Positions 18,131 through 26,265 of a stretch of DNA of 60,100 nt are shown here, piece by piece. Under the pieces are notes generated by a model that searched no databases, was not told the DNA's origin, and saw nothing but the letters and a program-made list of their open reading frames with translations. The stretch lies in the NCBI RefSeq assembly GCF_040392825.1, contig NZ_JBEBVH010000001.1:1-60100 (forward strand), in the 5' to 3' direction. This DNA comes from Pseudopedobacter sp. (GTDB lineage Bacteria > Bacteroidota > Bacteroidia > Sphingobacteriales > Sphingobacteriaceae). Positions within the stretch are counted from its first letter, which is position 1; every line of letters begins with the position of its first letter. The position numbers and the translations under genes were made by a program.

Positions 18131-19192
18131 ATGGATCAGAAAAGAGAAAAAAGGTTTATTAAGTATAATTTTTATACTATTGTTTTCCTTTTTTTAGTGA
18201 TTTTGGCAGGTGGGATTGTTAGAAGTAGCGGAGCTGGAATGGGGTGTCCGGATTGGCCGAAATGTTTTGATCATTATATTCCTCCTACAGACGTTTCTCA
18301 TCTTCCGGAAGATTATCAGCAAAGATATGTCGAGCAACGCTTGGCTAAGAATAACAAATTTGCAAATATGCTGGATAAGATGGGATATCATGATCTGGCC
18401 TATAAAGTTCGTCATGATGAATCCATAAAGATCCCCGAAGAGTTTAATGTAACCAAGACTTATACCGAATATGCCAATAGATTGGTTGGCGCCATAACTG
18501 GTATATTCGTTTTGCTGACATTTATTGGATCGTTTGCTTATTTAAAAGCGCATACTAGAATTTTTGTAATAAGCTTTATTAACTTAATCTTATTAGGGTT
18601 TCAGGCATGGTTAGGATCCATTGTAGTCTCTACCAATTTACTGGCATGGACCATTACGGTGCATATGATAGTTGCCGTACTTATTTTAGCACTGGCAATA
18701 TACACGTACCACTATGCAAGATCGTTATGTGATACCAGTGTTCTGGCTTTACAGTCATCTAATTTGTTAAAGATAGTTGTTTGGGCTTCTCTGCTATTAT
18801 GCTTCGCTCAAATTATTATTGGTACAGAATTAAGAGAAACGATAGATGCGATCATTCAGTTTAACCCTTCTATGGCAAGAGGCGAATGGTTACAACATAC
18901 AGGAGAAATTTATCTGAATCATAAATTACTTGCATTGTCTGTTGTTGCTTCAAGTGTGCTTATCTTTTTATTGGTTAAGAAGTATAAGGTAGGTCAGACA
19001 CAATTAAGATTTGCGATATATGGATTGTTATTAGTCGCCTTACAATACTTATTAGGAGTTATTTTAAATTTCTTTGCTATGCCACCAGCTGCTCAGGCAC
19101 TGCACATGGTATTGGCTACATTAATGTTTGGTGCACAGTTTTATTTGTTGTTGATGCTTAGAAAAGCATCTGTAAAGATGGGGGAGAATTGA
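18131..19192 (+). CDS. ctaA: Heme A synthase (COX15/CtaA family)
   Basis: GMGCPDWPKC, EYANR, ITVHM, QALHM, about 8 TM segments. Confidence 0.88.
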   Translation: MDQKREKRFIKYNFYTIVFLFLVILAGGIVRSSGAGMGCPDWPKCFDHYIPPTDVSHLPEDYQQRYVEQRLAKNNKFANMLDKMGYHDLAYKVRHDESIKIPEEFNVTKTYTEYANRLVGAITGIFVLLTFIGSFAYLKAHTRIFVISFINLILLGFQAWLGSIVVSTNLLAWTITVHMIVAVLILALAIYTYHYARSLCDTSVLALQSSNLLKIVVWASLLLCFAQIIIGTELRETIDAIIQFNPSMARGEWLQHTGEIYLNHKLLALSVVASSVLIFLLVKKYKVGQTQLRFAIYGLLLVALQYLLGVILNFFAMPPAAQALHMVLATLMFGAQFYLLLMLRKASVKMGEN

Positions 19193-20085
19193 AAACATTC
19201 ATTAAAGATTTTAAAAATTTAGTAAAGTTAAGACTGACATTGTTGGTTGTTTTCTCTGCTTCTGTTACATTTCTGATTGGTCAGAAGATACAGATTGAAA
19301 GAGCCAATATTGATCATATTAACTGGAAAAACTGGTTAATACTGATTGTTGGTGGGTTTTTAGTAACCGGAGCTGCTAACTGTTTTAATGAAATTATTGA
19401 AAAGGATTTAGATAAACTAATGACCCGAACCAAAGACCGTCCAATGCCAGCGGGGCGCATGACAACCGGACAAGGCTTGGTGTTAGGTTTGGTGATGGGA
19501 ATTATAGGTACAAGATTATTATTGATACTTAATCTTGAAACGGGATTCATATCAGTTTTCAGTATTTTGCTTTATGCTTTTGCTTATACCCCTTTAAAAA
19601 GAAAATCTCCTATAGCTGTTTTTGTCGGAGCTATTCCCGGAGCATTACCACCACTTATTGGATATTTGGCAGCTTTAGGACATACAACGGAGTTCGAAGT
19701 AATGGACTATCAAATAGCTATTATACTGTTTGCTATTCAATTTGTATGGCAGTTTCCGCACTTTTGGGCAATTGCTTGGGTGTTAGACGATGACTATAAG
19801 AAGGCAGGTTTCCGTTTGTTACCCACTACAAAGCGAGATAAGATAAGTGCAGGTTTTACTTTAGCCAGTACATTATTGCTAATTCCTGTGAGCTTATTAC
19901 CAACTATATACGGATTTGGTGGCAATATTATTGCGGTAGTGTCACTTGTTATAGGAATCTGGTTTGCCTGGTTAGCAATAAAATTATTTATGAAATTAGA
20001 CATAGATTCTGCAAGGAAATTAATGTTTGCAAGTTTCATATATCTGCCTGTAGTGCAATTGGTATTATTGTTTAATTTGAACTAA
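19189..20085 (+). CDS. cyoE: Heme O synthase (protoheme IX farnesyltransferase)
   Basis: EKDLDKLMTRTKDRP, YTPLKR, GAIPGALPP, WQFPHF, DDYKKAG. Confidence 0.94.
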   Translation: MKTFIKDFKNLVKLRLTLLVVFSASVTFLIGQKIQIERANIDHINWKNWLILIVGGFLVTGAANCFNEIIEKDLDKLMTRTKDRPMPAGRMTTGQGLVLGLVMGIIGTRLLLILNLETGFISVFSILLYAFAYTPLKRKSPIAVFVGAIPGALPPLIGYLAALGHTTEFEVMDYQIAIILFAIQFVWQFPHFWAIAWVLDDDYKKAGFRLLPTTKRDKISAGFTLASTLLLIPVSLLPTIYGFGGNIIAVVSLVIGIWFAWLAIKLFMKLDIDSARKLMFASFIYLPVVQLVLLFNLN

Positions 20086-20086
20086 T

Positions 20087-20665
20087 ATGATTATGCAAAA
20101 CGCGAATAATGAAATAGATAGATATAACCTTCAGCCCAAAAAATTTATCATGTGGCTGTTTTTAATCTCATCAACCATATTTTTTGCTGGTTTAACCAGT
20201 GGTTTTATAGTGTATACCGGATCTGGCAGAGTATTGAATGTTCAGCTCCCGAAAATTTTTGGCTATAGTACGATTGTAATTATTTTAAGCAGTCTTACAT
20301 TGTATTGGGCCTCTCAGCAAACAAAGCGTCTGAATTTTGCAAACCAAAGGATAGGGCTTTGGCTTACCTTCTTTCTGGGTATTGCCTTTATCGCTATGCA
20401 GATTTACGGATGGAAAATTTGGACAGGATTAGGAGCGTATTTTATAAACTCTAATGCAAGCATTAGTTTTGTTTACGCATTTACATTCCTACATATATTG
20501 CATATATTAGCAGGATTAATAATAATCATAACTGCGCTTGTAAGCAGTTATGGTAAATTACCAAATGTCATTAATAGTTTTAGGATGCAAATCACTTCTA
20601 TTTTCTGGCATTTTGTAGATATCTTATGGATATATTTGTACCTTTTCTTACTTTTGAATCAGTAA
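20087..20665 (+). CDS. Cytochrome c oxidase subunit III-like protein (first copy)
   Basis: MWLFLIS, LHILHILAG, FWHFVDILWIYL. Confidence 0.85.
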   Translation: MIMQNANNEIDRYNLQPKKFIMWLFLISSTIFFAGLTSGFIVYTGSGRVLNVQLPKIFGYSTIVIILSSLTLYWASQQTKRLNFANQRIGLWLTFFLGIAFIAMQIYGWKIWTGLGAYFINSNASISFVYAFTFLHILHILAGLIIIITALVSSYGKLPNVINSFRMQITSIFWHFVDILWIYLYLFLLLNQ

Positions 20666-20701
20666 AATTTTTAATTAAAGAATTTACAACCAACAATTTT
20701 A

Positions 20702-21403
20702 ATGAATACTACAGTAGCAAAATTAGACGAAGTTAAAAGTACTCCATGGAGTGGGGGTAAGTCGCCTTTTTCCGTAGAATACGGAAAAATAATGATGTGG
20801 TTTTTCCTGGTTTCTGATGCCTTTACATTCTCAGCATTCCTGGTTTATTATGGAGCGCAAAGATTCAGTAATTTGACCTGGCCTGATCCAGATATCGTTT
20901 TCCAGTCTATTCCGGGAATTATGGATAGTGGTGCCCCATTGGTATTTGTGGGTATCATGACCTTTATACTGATTATGAGTTCTGTAACTATGGTTCTAGC
21001 TGTAGAAGCAGGGCATAGGAACTCAAAGAAAGAAGTTGTTGGATGGATGATTGCCACTATTATTGGTGGTATGATGTTCTTAGGCTGTCAGGCCCTGGAG
21101 TGGAGCCATTTACATCACACAGGTTTTTGGTGGGGAAGTGTTCCGAGCGCAGAAGTGATGACTACTTTAGGCTCAGATTATGTAAGTACCTTACAGTTTG
21201 CGAACCTTTTCTTTACTATCACAGGTTTTCATGGTTTCCACGTTACAACCGGACTTATTTTAAACGTCATTATCCTCATAATGGCTATGAATGGAACTTT
21301 CGAGAAAAGAGGTTCTTATTTAATGGTGGAAAAAGTGGGTTTATACTGGCACTTTGTAGACCTTGTTTGGGTATTCGTATTTACATTCTTTTATTTGGTT
21401 TAA
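20702..21403 (+). CDS. ctaE: Cytochrome c oxidase subunit III
   Basis: MMWFFLVSD, TGFHGFHV, GLYWHFVDLVWVFVFTFFY. Confidence 0.9.
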   Translation: MNTTVAKLDEVKSTPWSGGKSPFSVEYGKIMMWFFLVSDAFTFSAFLVYYGAQRFSNLTWPDPDIVFQSIPGIMDSGAPLVFVGIMTFILIMSSVTMVLAVEAGHRNSKKEVVGWMIATIIGGMMFLGCQALEWSHLHHTGFWWGSVPSAEVMTTLGSDYVSTLQFANLFFTITGFHGFHVTTGLILNVIILIMAMNGTFEKRGSYLMVEKVGLYWHFVDLVWVFVFTFFYLV

Positions 21404-21422
21404 TCTTATAGCATTATAGAAT

Positions 21423-21770
21423 ATGTCTCAAAATTCAAATATAGAGCATGCAGAAGGGCATGAGCATGCATCAATGAGTAAAGGAAAGATTTGGCAAGTA
21501 TTCTTTATCTTGCTGGTATTAACGGTTATTGAGTTCATTATAGCTTTAGCTATACCAGAAACAATGTTAAGACACAGTATAAAGAACTTTATTTATATAT
21601 TCTTAACGCTATTAAAAGCATACTACATTATAGCGTATTTTATGCACTTGAAATTTGAAAAATATGGTCTGATAGTTTCTATAGCAGTATCTTTCATTTT
21701 CATTATCTACTTTATTATACTTTTGTTAGTTGAAGGTGGGTATCAGCATATAACCAGACACTTTGGATGA
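21423..21770 (+). CDS. Cytochrome c oxidase subunit IV family protein
   Basis: Three TM segments, KAYYIIAYFMHLKFE. Confidence 0.85.
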   Translation: MSQNSNIEHAEGHEHASMSKGKIWQVFFILLVLTVIEFIIALAIPETMLRHSIKNFIYIFLTLLKAYYIIAYFMHLKFEKYGLIVSIAVSFIFIIYFIILLLVEGGYQHITRHFG

Positions 21771-21771
21771 T

Positions 21772-22458
21772 ATGAGGAAGCAATTTCCTTTAAAGAAGAT
21801 ATTAATCCTGGTAGCCATATTAGCGGTACCAGGATTTTTATATTATTTACTACAGGACAAAGGTAAAAACAGGTATAAACCGCTTCCATTTTATGGACCA
21901 AAAACGGTGTTGGAAACGTTTACTACAAAACGCGGAGAGAAGATACCCGATACACTTTATCACAAAGTTCCAGCCTTTAAAGGAATAAATCAGAATGGAG
22001 ATCCCTTTGATTTTGGAACGGTAACAAACCATATAATAATAGCAAGTTTCTTCTACACAAAATCAGAAAAATTGGGTGAAGAAATGAATAAACAACTCGA
22101 TTGGTTACACAATCGGTATATTGGAAATAAAATGATCCGCTTGTTATCTATTTCCATTGATCCGGAGTATGACCAGGGAAAAATATTAAGAAGCTTTGCG
22201 AATCAGTTTAAAGCAAAACCAGGAAAGTGGGACTTTGTGTCAACAGATACGACTACTGTTTATCCACTATCATCACGAGGTTTTTTTGTAAATGCATTTA
22301 AAGAAGGCGATAAATACATATTATCTGAAAAAATTATTCTCTTAGACAAACAGCATAGAATCAGAGGTTATTATAATAGTTTGCAACCTGAGGATATGAA
22401 ATCTTTAAATGACCAGATTAAAGTGCTGATAACCGAAGAGCTAAGAAAGATGCCCTAA
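21772..22458 (+). CDS. SCO1/SenC-fold protein lacking the Cu-binding CXXXC and His
   Basis: N-terminal anchor, F..INQNG, SISIDPEYD, W.F, ILLDKQHRIRGYY. The sequence contains no Cys. ATG 21772 is the likely start, with ATG 21766 or TTG 21763 as alternatives. Confidence 0.8.
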   Translation: MRKQFPLKKILILVAILAVPGFLYYLLQDKGKNRYKPLPFYGPKTVLETFTTKRGEKIPDTLYHKVPAFKGINQNGDPFDFGTVTNHIIIASFFYTKSEKLGEEMNKQLDWLHNRYIGNKMIRLLSISIDPEYDQGKILRSFANQFKAKPGKWDFVSTDTTTVYPLSSRGFFVNAFKEGDKYILSEKIILLDKQHRIRGYYNSLQPEDMKSLNDQIKVLITEELRKMP

Positions 22459-22463
22459 TAGTT

Positions 22464-23036
22464 ATGAATGATAAAGTTATTTTCAGGCTTATTACTGCCG
22501 TTTCAATATTTGTGTTTCTTGTTGTAGTGATTTTGAACAGAAAGATTATTCCTGTAACAATAGAAACACCGTCTTATATTTATTTTTTTCCGAAGTTAAA
22601 TGCAATTATTAATGGTACTTGTACCATATTGCTGTTAATTTCATTTTATTTTATAAAAAAAGGAAACATACGAGTACATAAAAGGATAAACCTTTTTGCA
22701 TTCTTTCTCTCTTCTCTGTTTCTTATTTCTTATATTGTATTCCACTATTTTGCTCCCGAAACCAAGTTTGGCGATTTAAATGGAAATGGAATTTTGGAGG
22801 CTGAAGAAATTACAGCGGCAGGCAATGTAAGGTATATTTATTACGTTATATTAGTAACACATATCATTCTGGCTGCTATTGTGCTTCCTTTAATTCTTTT
22901 AAGCTTTTACAGAGGTTTACAAATGAACGTAGAGAAACACCGAAAACTGGTAAGATACAGCTTCCCGGTATGGTTATATGTGACGATAACTGGAGTGGTA
23001 GTTTATTTAATGATTTCCCCATATTATCAATTTTAA
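22464..23036 (+). CDS. DUF420 membrane protein
   Basis: PKLNAIING, LFLISY, HIILA, HRKLVRYSFPVWLYVTITGVVVY. Confidence 0.85.
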   Translation: MNDKVIFRLITAVSIFVFLVVVILNRKIIPVTIETPSYIYFFPKLNAIINGTCTILLLISFYFIKKGNIRVHKRINLFAFFLSSLFLISYIVFHYFAPETKFGDLNGNGILEAEEITAAGNVRYIYYVILVTHIILAAIVLPLILLSFYRGLQMNVEKHRKLVRYSFPVWLYVTITGVVVYLMISPYYQF

Positions 23037-23040
23037 TGAT

Positions 23041-23319
23041 ATGAAAAAGGTAAAGATATTTTTGGCAAGTGCTGGTTTCAGTCTGGCTATGTTTATAACA
23101 CCTTTGAATAGTAATGCACAGTGCGCCATGTGCCAATCTACCGTTGAGTCTAATATAAACTCAGGGGATAGTACCGCTAAAGGTTTGAATAAGGGTATAA
23201 TGTATTTGTTAGCGGCACCATATATTGCCGTGGCTGCCATCGGTTTTTTGTGGTATAAAAAATACCGGAAAAAAGATATAACTATCGATATCAAAAAAGA
23301 AAAAATTAATTTAAATTAG
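23041..23319 (+). CDS. Small exported membrane-anchored protein with a CAMC motif
   Basis: Signal peptide ending NA-Q, QCAMC, GLNKGIMYLLAAPY TM segment. Confidence 0.75.
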   Translation: MKKVKIFLASAGFSLAMFITPLNSNAQCAMCQSTVESNINSGDSTAKGLNKGIMYLLAAPYIAVAAIGFLWYKKYRKKDITIDIKKEKINLN

Positions 23320-23325
23320 GACTTG

Positions 23326-23350
23326 AACCTGCTTAATTGCAGGTTTTTCC
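23326..23350 (+). terminator. Intrinsic terminator ending the act/cox cluster
   Basis: AACCTGC-ttaatt-GCAGGTT followed by TTT. Confidence 0.7.
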
Positions 23351-23405
23351 ATTTATTAGATTAAATTATGTTGGTTTAATCTAATATACATTTAATATTA
23401 TTCTT

Positions 23406-23795
23406 ATGGCTGGTACACCTAAACTACAGGCAATGCTGCATGCCAAATGTCCAAGATGCAGAAGAGGCGATGTTTTCCAAAATAGTATGTATGGAATAAA
23501 GTCTCAGAAGATGTATGAACACTGCCCTCATTGTGGGTTAAAGTATGAAATAGAACCAGGATATTTTTATGCTGCTATGTATATCAGCTATGCTATAAAC
23601 GTGGCTTTAGGTGTAACTATCGGAATTTTGACCTATATCATTACTAAAGAAGAAAAATCACCGTGGATTTATATTACTACAATTTTAGTGGCAAGTTTTA
23701 TTACAGCACCACTGAATTTTAGATATTCAAGAGTGATATTATTGCATTTATTGTCTCCAAAAATTAGTTATAGACCAGATTATGATCACGATTAA
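23406..23795 (+). CDS. DUF983 family zinc-ribbon membrane protein
   Basis: CPRC...CPHC, EPGYFYAAMYISY, RYSR. Confidence 0.82.
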   Translation: MAGTPKLQAMLHAKCPRCRRGDVFQNSMYGIKSQKMYEHCPHCGLKYEIEPGYFYAAMYISYAINVALGVTIGILTYIITKEEKSPWIYITTILVASFITAPLNFRYSRVILLHLLSPKISYRPDYDHD

Positions 23796-24447
23796 AAAAG
23801 ATGTATATGAATTTCTTAAGTTGTTAAGAAAGAATAACAATCGCGAGTGGTTTGATAAAAATAAAAGTTTGTACGAAATAGCAAAAGAAAATGTTGATGA
23901 ATTTGCAGCGTTTTTAATTAACGAGATAAGTAGTTTTGATTCGGCGGTACCCGTTGATACCAGCGTAAAAAAATGCGTATTGCGTATTTATCGGGATGTA
24001 AGGTTTAGCAAGGATAAAGCGCCATATAAGAATAACTTCGCTATCATTATTGCCGAAGATCGAATGAAAGAGGGGCCAGTTTATTTTATTCATATAGAGC
24101 CAGACAATAATTATATTGGTGGCGGATATTGGAGACCGTCTGCTCAACAGCTTAGTGCGGTTAGACAAGAAATAGACTATGGTACTTCTGAATTTTTGTC
24201 TATCCTGGAAGATAAAAATTTCAAAGATTTCTTTGGAGAATTAAGTAGAGAAGATGTACTTAAAACAAATCCAAAAGGCTATGACAAGGACCACCCCTAT
24301 ATTGAAATTCTGAAGCTAAAAAGTTTTATCTGTATAAAGCATTTTGAGGATAAAAGTTGGGAAACGGAAAAAGGGGTTAAAGAATTGCTCCGAGGACTAA
24401 AGTTAATCAAACCATTAAATCATTTTTTAAATAGAGCATTAGAATAA
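23782..24447 (+). CDS. DUF2461 (TIGR02453) family protein
   Basis: NNNREWF, RIYRDVRFSKDKAPYK, PKGYDKDHP. Confidence 0.88.
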   Translation: MITIKKDVYEFLKLLRKNNNREWFDKNKSLYEIAKENVDEFAAFLINEISSFDSAVPVDTSVKKCVLRIYRDVRFSKDKAPYKNNFAIIIAEDRMKEGPVYFIHIEPDNNYIGGGYWRPSAQQLSAVRQEIDYGTSEFLSILEDKNFKDFFGELSREDVLKTNPKGYDKDHPYIEILKLKSFICIKHFEDKSWETEKGVKELLRGLKLIKPLNHFLNRALE

Positions 24448-24449
24448 TT

Positions 24450-25286
24450 ATGAGAATTAAAATCTTATTAACGTTTGCTTTTTCTGCGCTTTTACTGAGC
24501 TCATGTGTAGTCATGTCTAAAAAGAAGTACCAGAAATTATTGTCTGATCAGGATTCGCTATCAGGAGGTTGGGGAACTGCACAGGTTAAAATTGAGTCAT
24601 TAGAAGAAGAAATGGCCAGATTAAAAAGAGATACAGCAAATCTTCACCAGAAAGTTTCCGGTTTGAATAAAGAATTAGACGATTTAAGAGGTAATTACGC
24701 AACACTGAGGTCTAACAGCTCATCGGAAATAAATAAGCTGTCTGCAGACTTAAAAAGGAGGGAGCAAAGACTTAAGGAAGTTGAAGATATGATTAAGAAG
24801 AGGGATGAAGCCAGCAACGCCTTGAAGAATAAATTACAAAAAGCATTGCTAGGTTTCCAGGATAAAGGTTTGACCGTAGAAATGAGAGATGGGAAGGTAT
24901 ATGTTTCTTTAACAGATAAATTGCTATTTGCTTCTGGTAGTATTGTTATAGACGAAAGGGGAAAACAGGCGTTACATGAGTTAGCTGTAATATTAAATAC
25001 ACAACCAGAAATTAATATTGCGGTGGAAGGGCATACAGATAACCAGAGAGTAGTCAATCTGGGACAGATTAAAGATAATTGGGACTTGAGTGTGCTCCGA
25101 GCCACTTCTGTTGTGAGATTTTTGACCACTGAACAAAAAATATCTCCAAACAGGATTATTGCTACCGGAAAAGGTGAATATCAGCCAATCAGTTCTGATA
25201 ATTCTGCTGACGCAAGAAGTAAAAACCGAAGAATTGAGATTGTGTTGTCTCCAAAACTGGATGAATTATACAATTTGCTAAATTAA
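24450..25286 (+). CDS. OmpA/MotB-family peptidoglycan-binding lipoprotein with coiled coil
   Basis: LSSC lipobox, VEGHTD, NWDLSVLRA, NRRIEI. Confidence 0.88.
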   Translation: MRIKILLTFAFSALLLSSCVVMSKKKYQKLLSDQDSLSGGWGTAQVKIESLEEEMARLKRDTANLHQKVSGLNKELDDLRGNYATLRSNSSSEINKLSADLKRREQRLKEVEDMIKKRDEASNALKNKLQKALLGFQDKGLTVEMRDGKVYVSLTDKLLFASGSIVIDERGKQALHELAVILNTQPEINIAVEGHTDNQRVVNLGQIKDNWDLSVLRATSVVRFLTTEQKISPNRIIATGKGEYQPISSDNSADARSKNRRIEIVLSPKLDELYNLLN

Positions 25287-25303
25287 GACAGACTAATAAA
25301 TTG

Positions 25304-25342
25304 AAGAAAGCACAGGCTATATATTGATCCTGTGCTCTTTCT
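25304..25342. terminator. Probable bidirectional terminator between convergent genes
   Basis: AGCACAGG / CCTGTGCT stem with A-rich and T-rich flanks. Confidence 0.55.
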
Positions 25343-25364
25343 ATTTCTTCGCTTTTTTTTCCAG

Positions 25365-25913
25365 TTAAAAAGGGCTTCTCAGATCTTTAAAATTGACAAG
25401 TTGTTTGTCTTTCTCAGATAAAATAACTTTATCCGTATCAAATTGCCAATCTATTTTTAGATCTTCGTCATTCCAAATAACACCGATTTCCGACGCTTTG
25501 TCATACATTCCTGTTACTTTGTATTGAAAAATGGTGTTGTCTTCTAAAGTTATAAAACCATGTAAAAAGCCTGGAGGAATCCAGAACATAGTAAAATTTT
25601 CTCCGGAAAGCTCAATGGAGAAATATTGTCCATAAGTTGGTGAGTTTTTCCTTATATCTACAGCTACATCAATAGCTTTTCCTTGTATGACCCTTACCAG
25701 TTTCCCCTGAGCATATGGGTTGGCTTGTGCATGTAAACCTCTTAACGTTCCTTTTTGAGAAAGAGATTGGTTGTCTTGTACAAAATTTGTATCTATACCT
25801 GCTGCTTTAAATAGCTTTTCATTGTAGCTTTCGTAAAAATAGCCTCTATCATCTTTCCAGATCTTCGGTTCGATGATGATAAGGTCCTTAATAGGACTTT
25901 CTATAAAGTTCAT
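25365..25913 (-). CDS. rfbC: dTDP-4-dehydrorhamnose 3,5-epimerase
   Basis: DDRGYFYE, QDNQS, GTLRGLH, DVAVDIR, GFLHGF, LSEKD. Confidence 0.95.
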   Translation of the reverse strand: MNFIESPIKDLIIIEPKIWKDDRGYFYESYNEKLFKAAGIDTNFVQDNQSLSQKGTLRGLHAQANPYAQGKLVRVIQGKAIDVAVDIRKNSPTYGQYFSIELSGENFTMFWIPPGFLHGFITLEDNTIFQYKVTGMYDKASEIGVIWNDEDLKIDWQFDTDKVILSEKDKQLVNFKDLRSPF

Positions 25914-26221
25914 TATAATGGATTTGATAATTCTAAAACACTGGGAAAAAATAGTACCTGATTAGGGAATTGCTGCATTAATAATTCCTGAAGGTTGGGA
26001 AGGTGTTCGTCTCTGAACTCTTCTAATTCCTGTCTGCTATTTGCAAAACATTGTGCACAATAGGTAACTCCTTCATTCACGGGTTCTGTTAATTTAAATA
26101 ATTTTGCTTCATGAAATTTATGACTGGCTAAAGCAGCAGGAATGTATATATGATGCATAAAATGATGAAACTCCTTTTGTATTTTTTCATCAACAATTGC
26201 TGTTACATTGAAAATAATCAT
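25913..26221 (-). CDS. DUF4286 family protein
   Basis: MIIFNVT start, HIYIP, EGVTYCAQ, typical length. Its stop overlaps the rfbC start. Confidence 0.7.
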   Translation of the reverse strand: MIIFNVTAIVDEKIQKEFHHFMHHIYIPAALASHKFHEAKLFKLTEPVNEGVTYCAQCFANSRQELEEFRDEHLPNLQELLMQQFPNQVLFFPSVLELSNPL

Positions 26222-26225
26222 TCTG

Positions 26226-26233
26226 CAAAGTTA
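26226..26233 (-). promoter_or_regulatory. -7 promoter element TAACTTTG
   Basis: TAnnTTTG 4 nt before the ATG at 26221. Confidence 0.55.
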
Positions 26234-26265
26234 ATCTATTGAATCGGAAATTCACCTTTTTTAGT

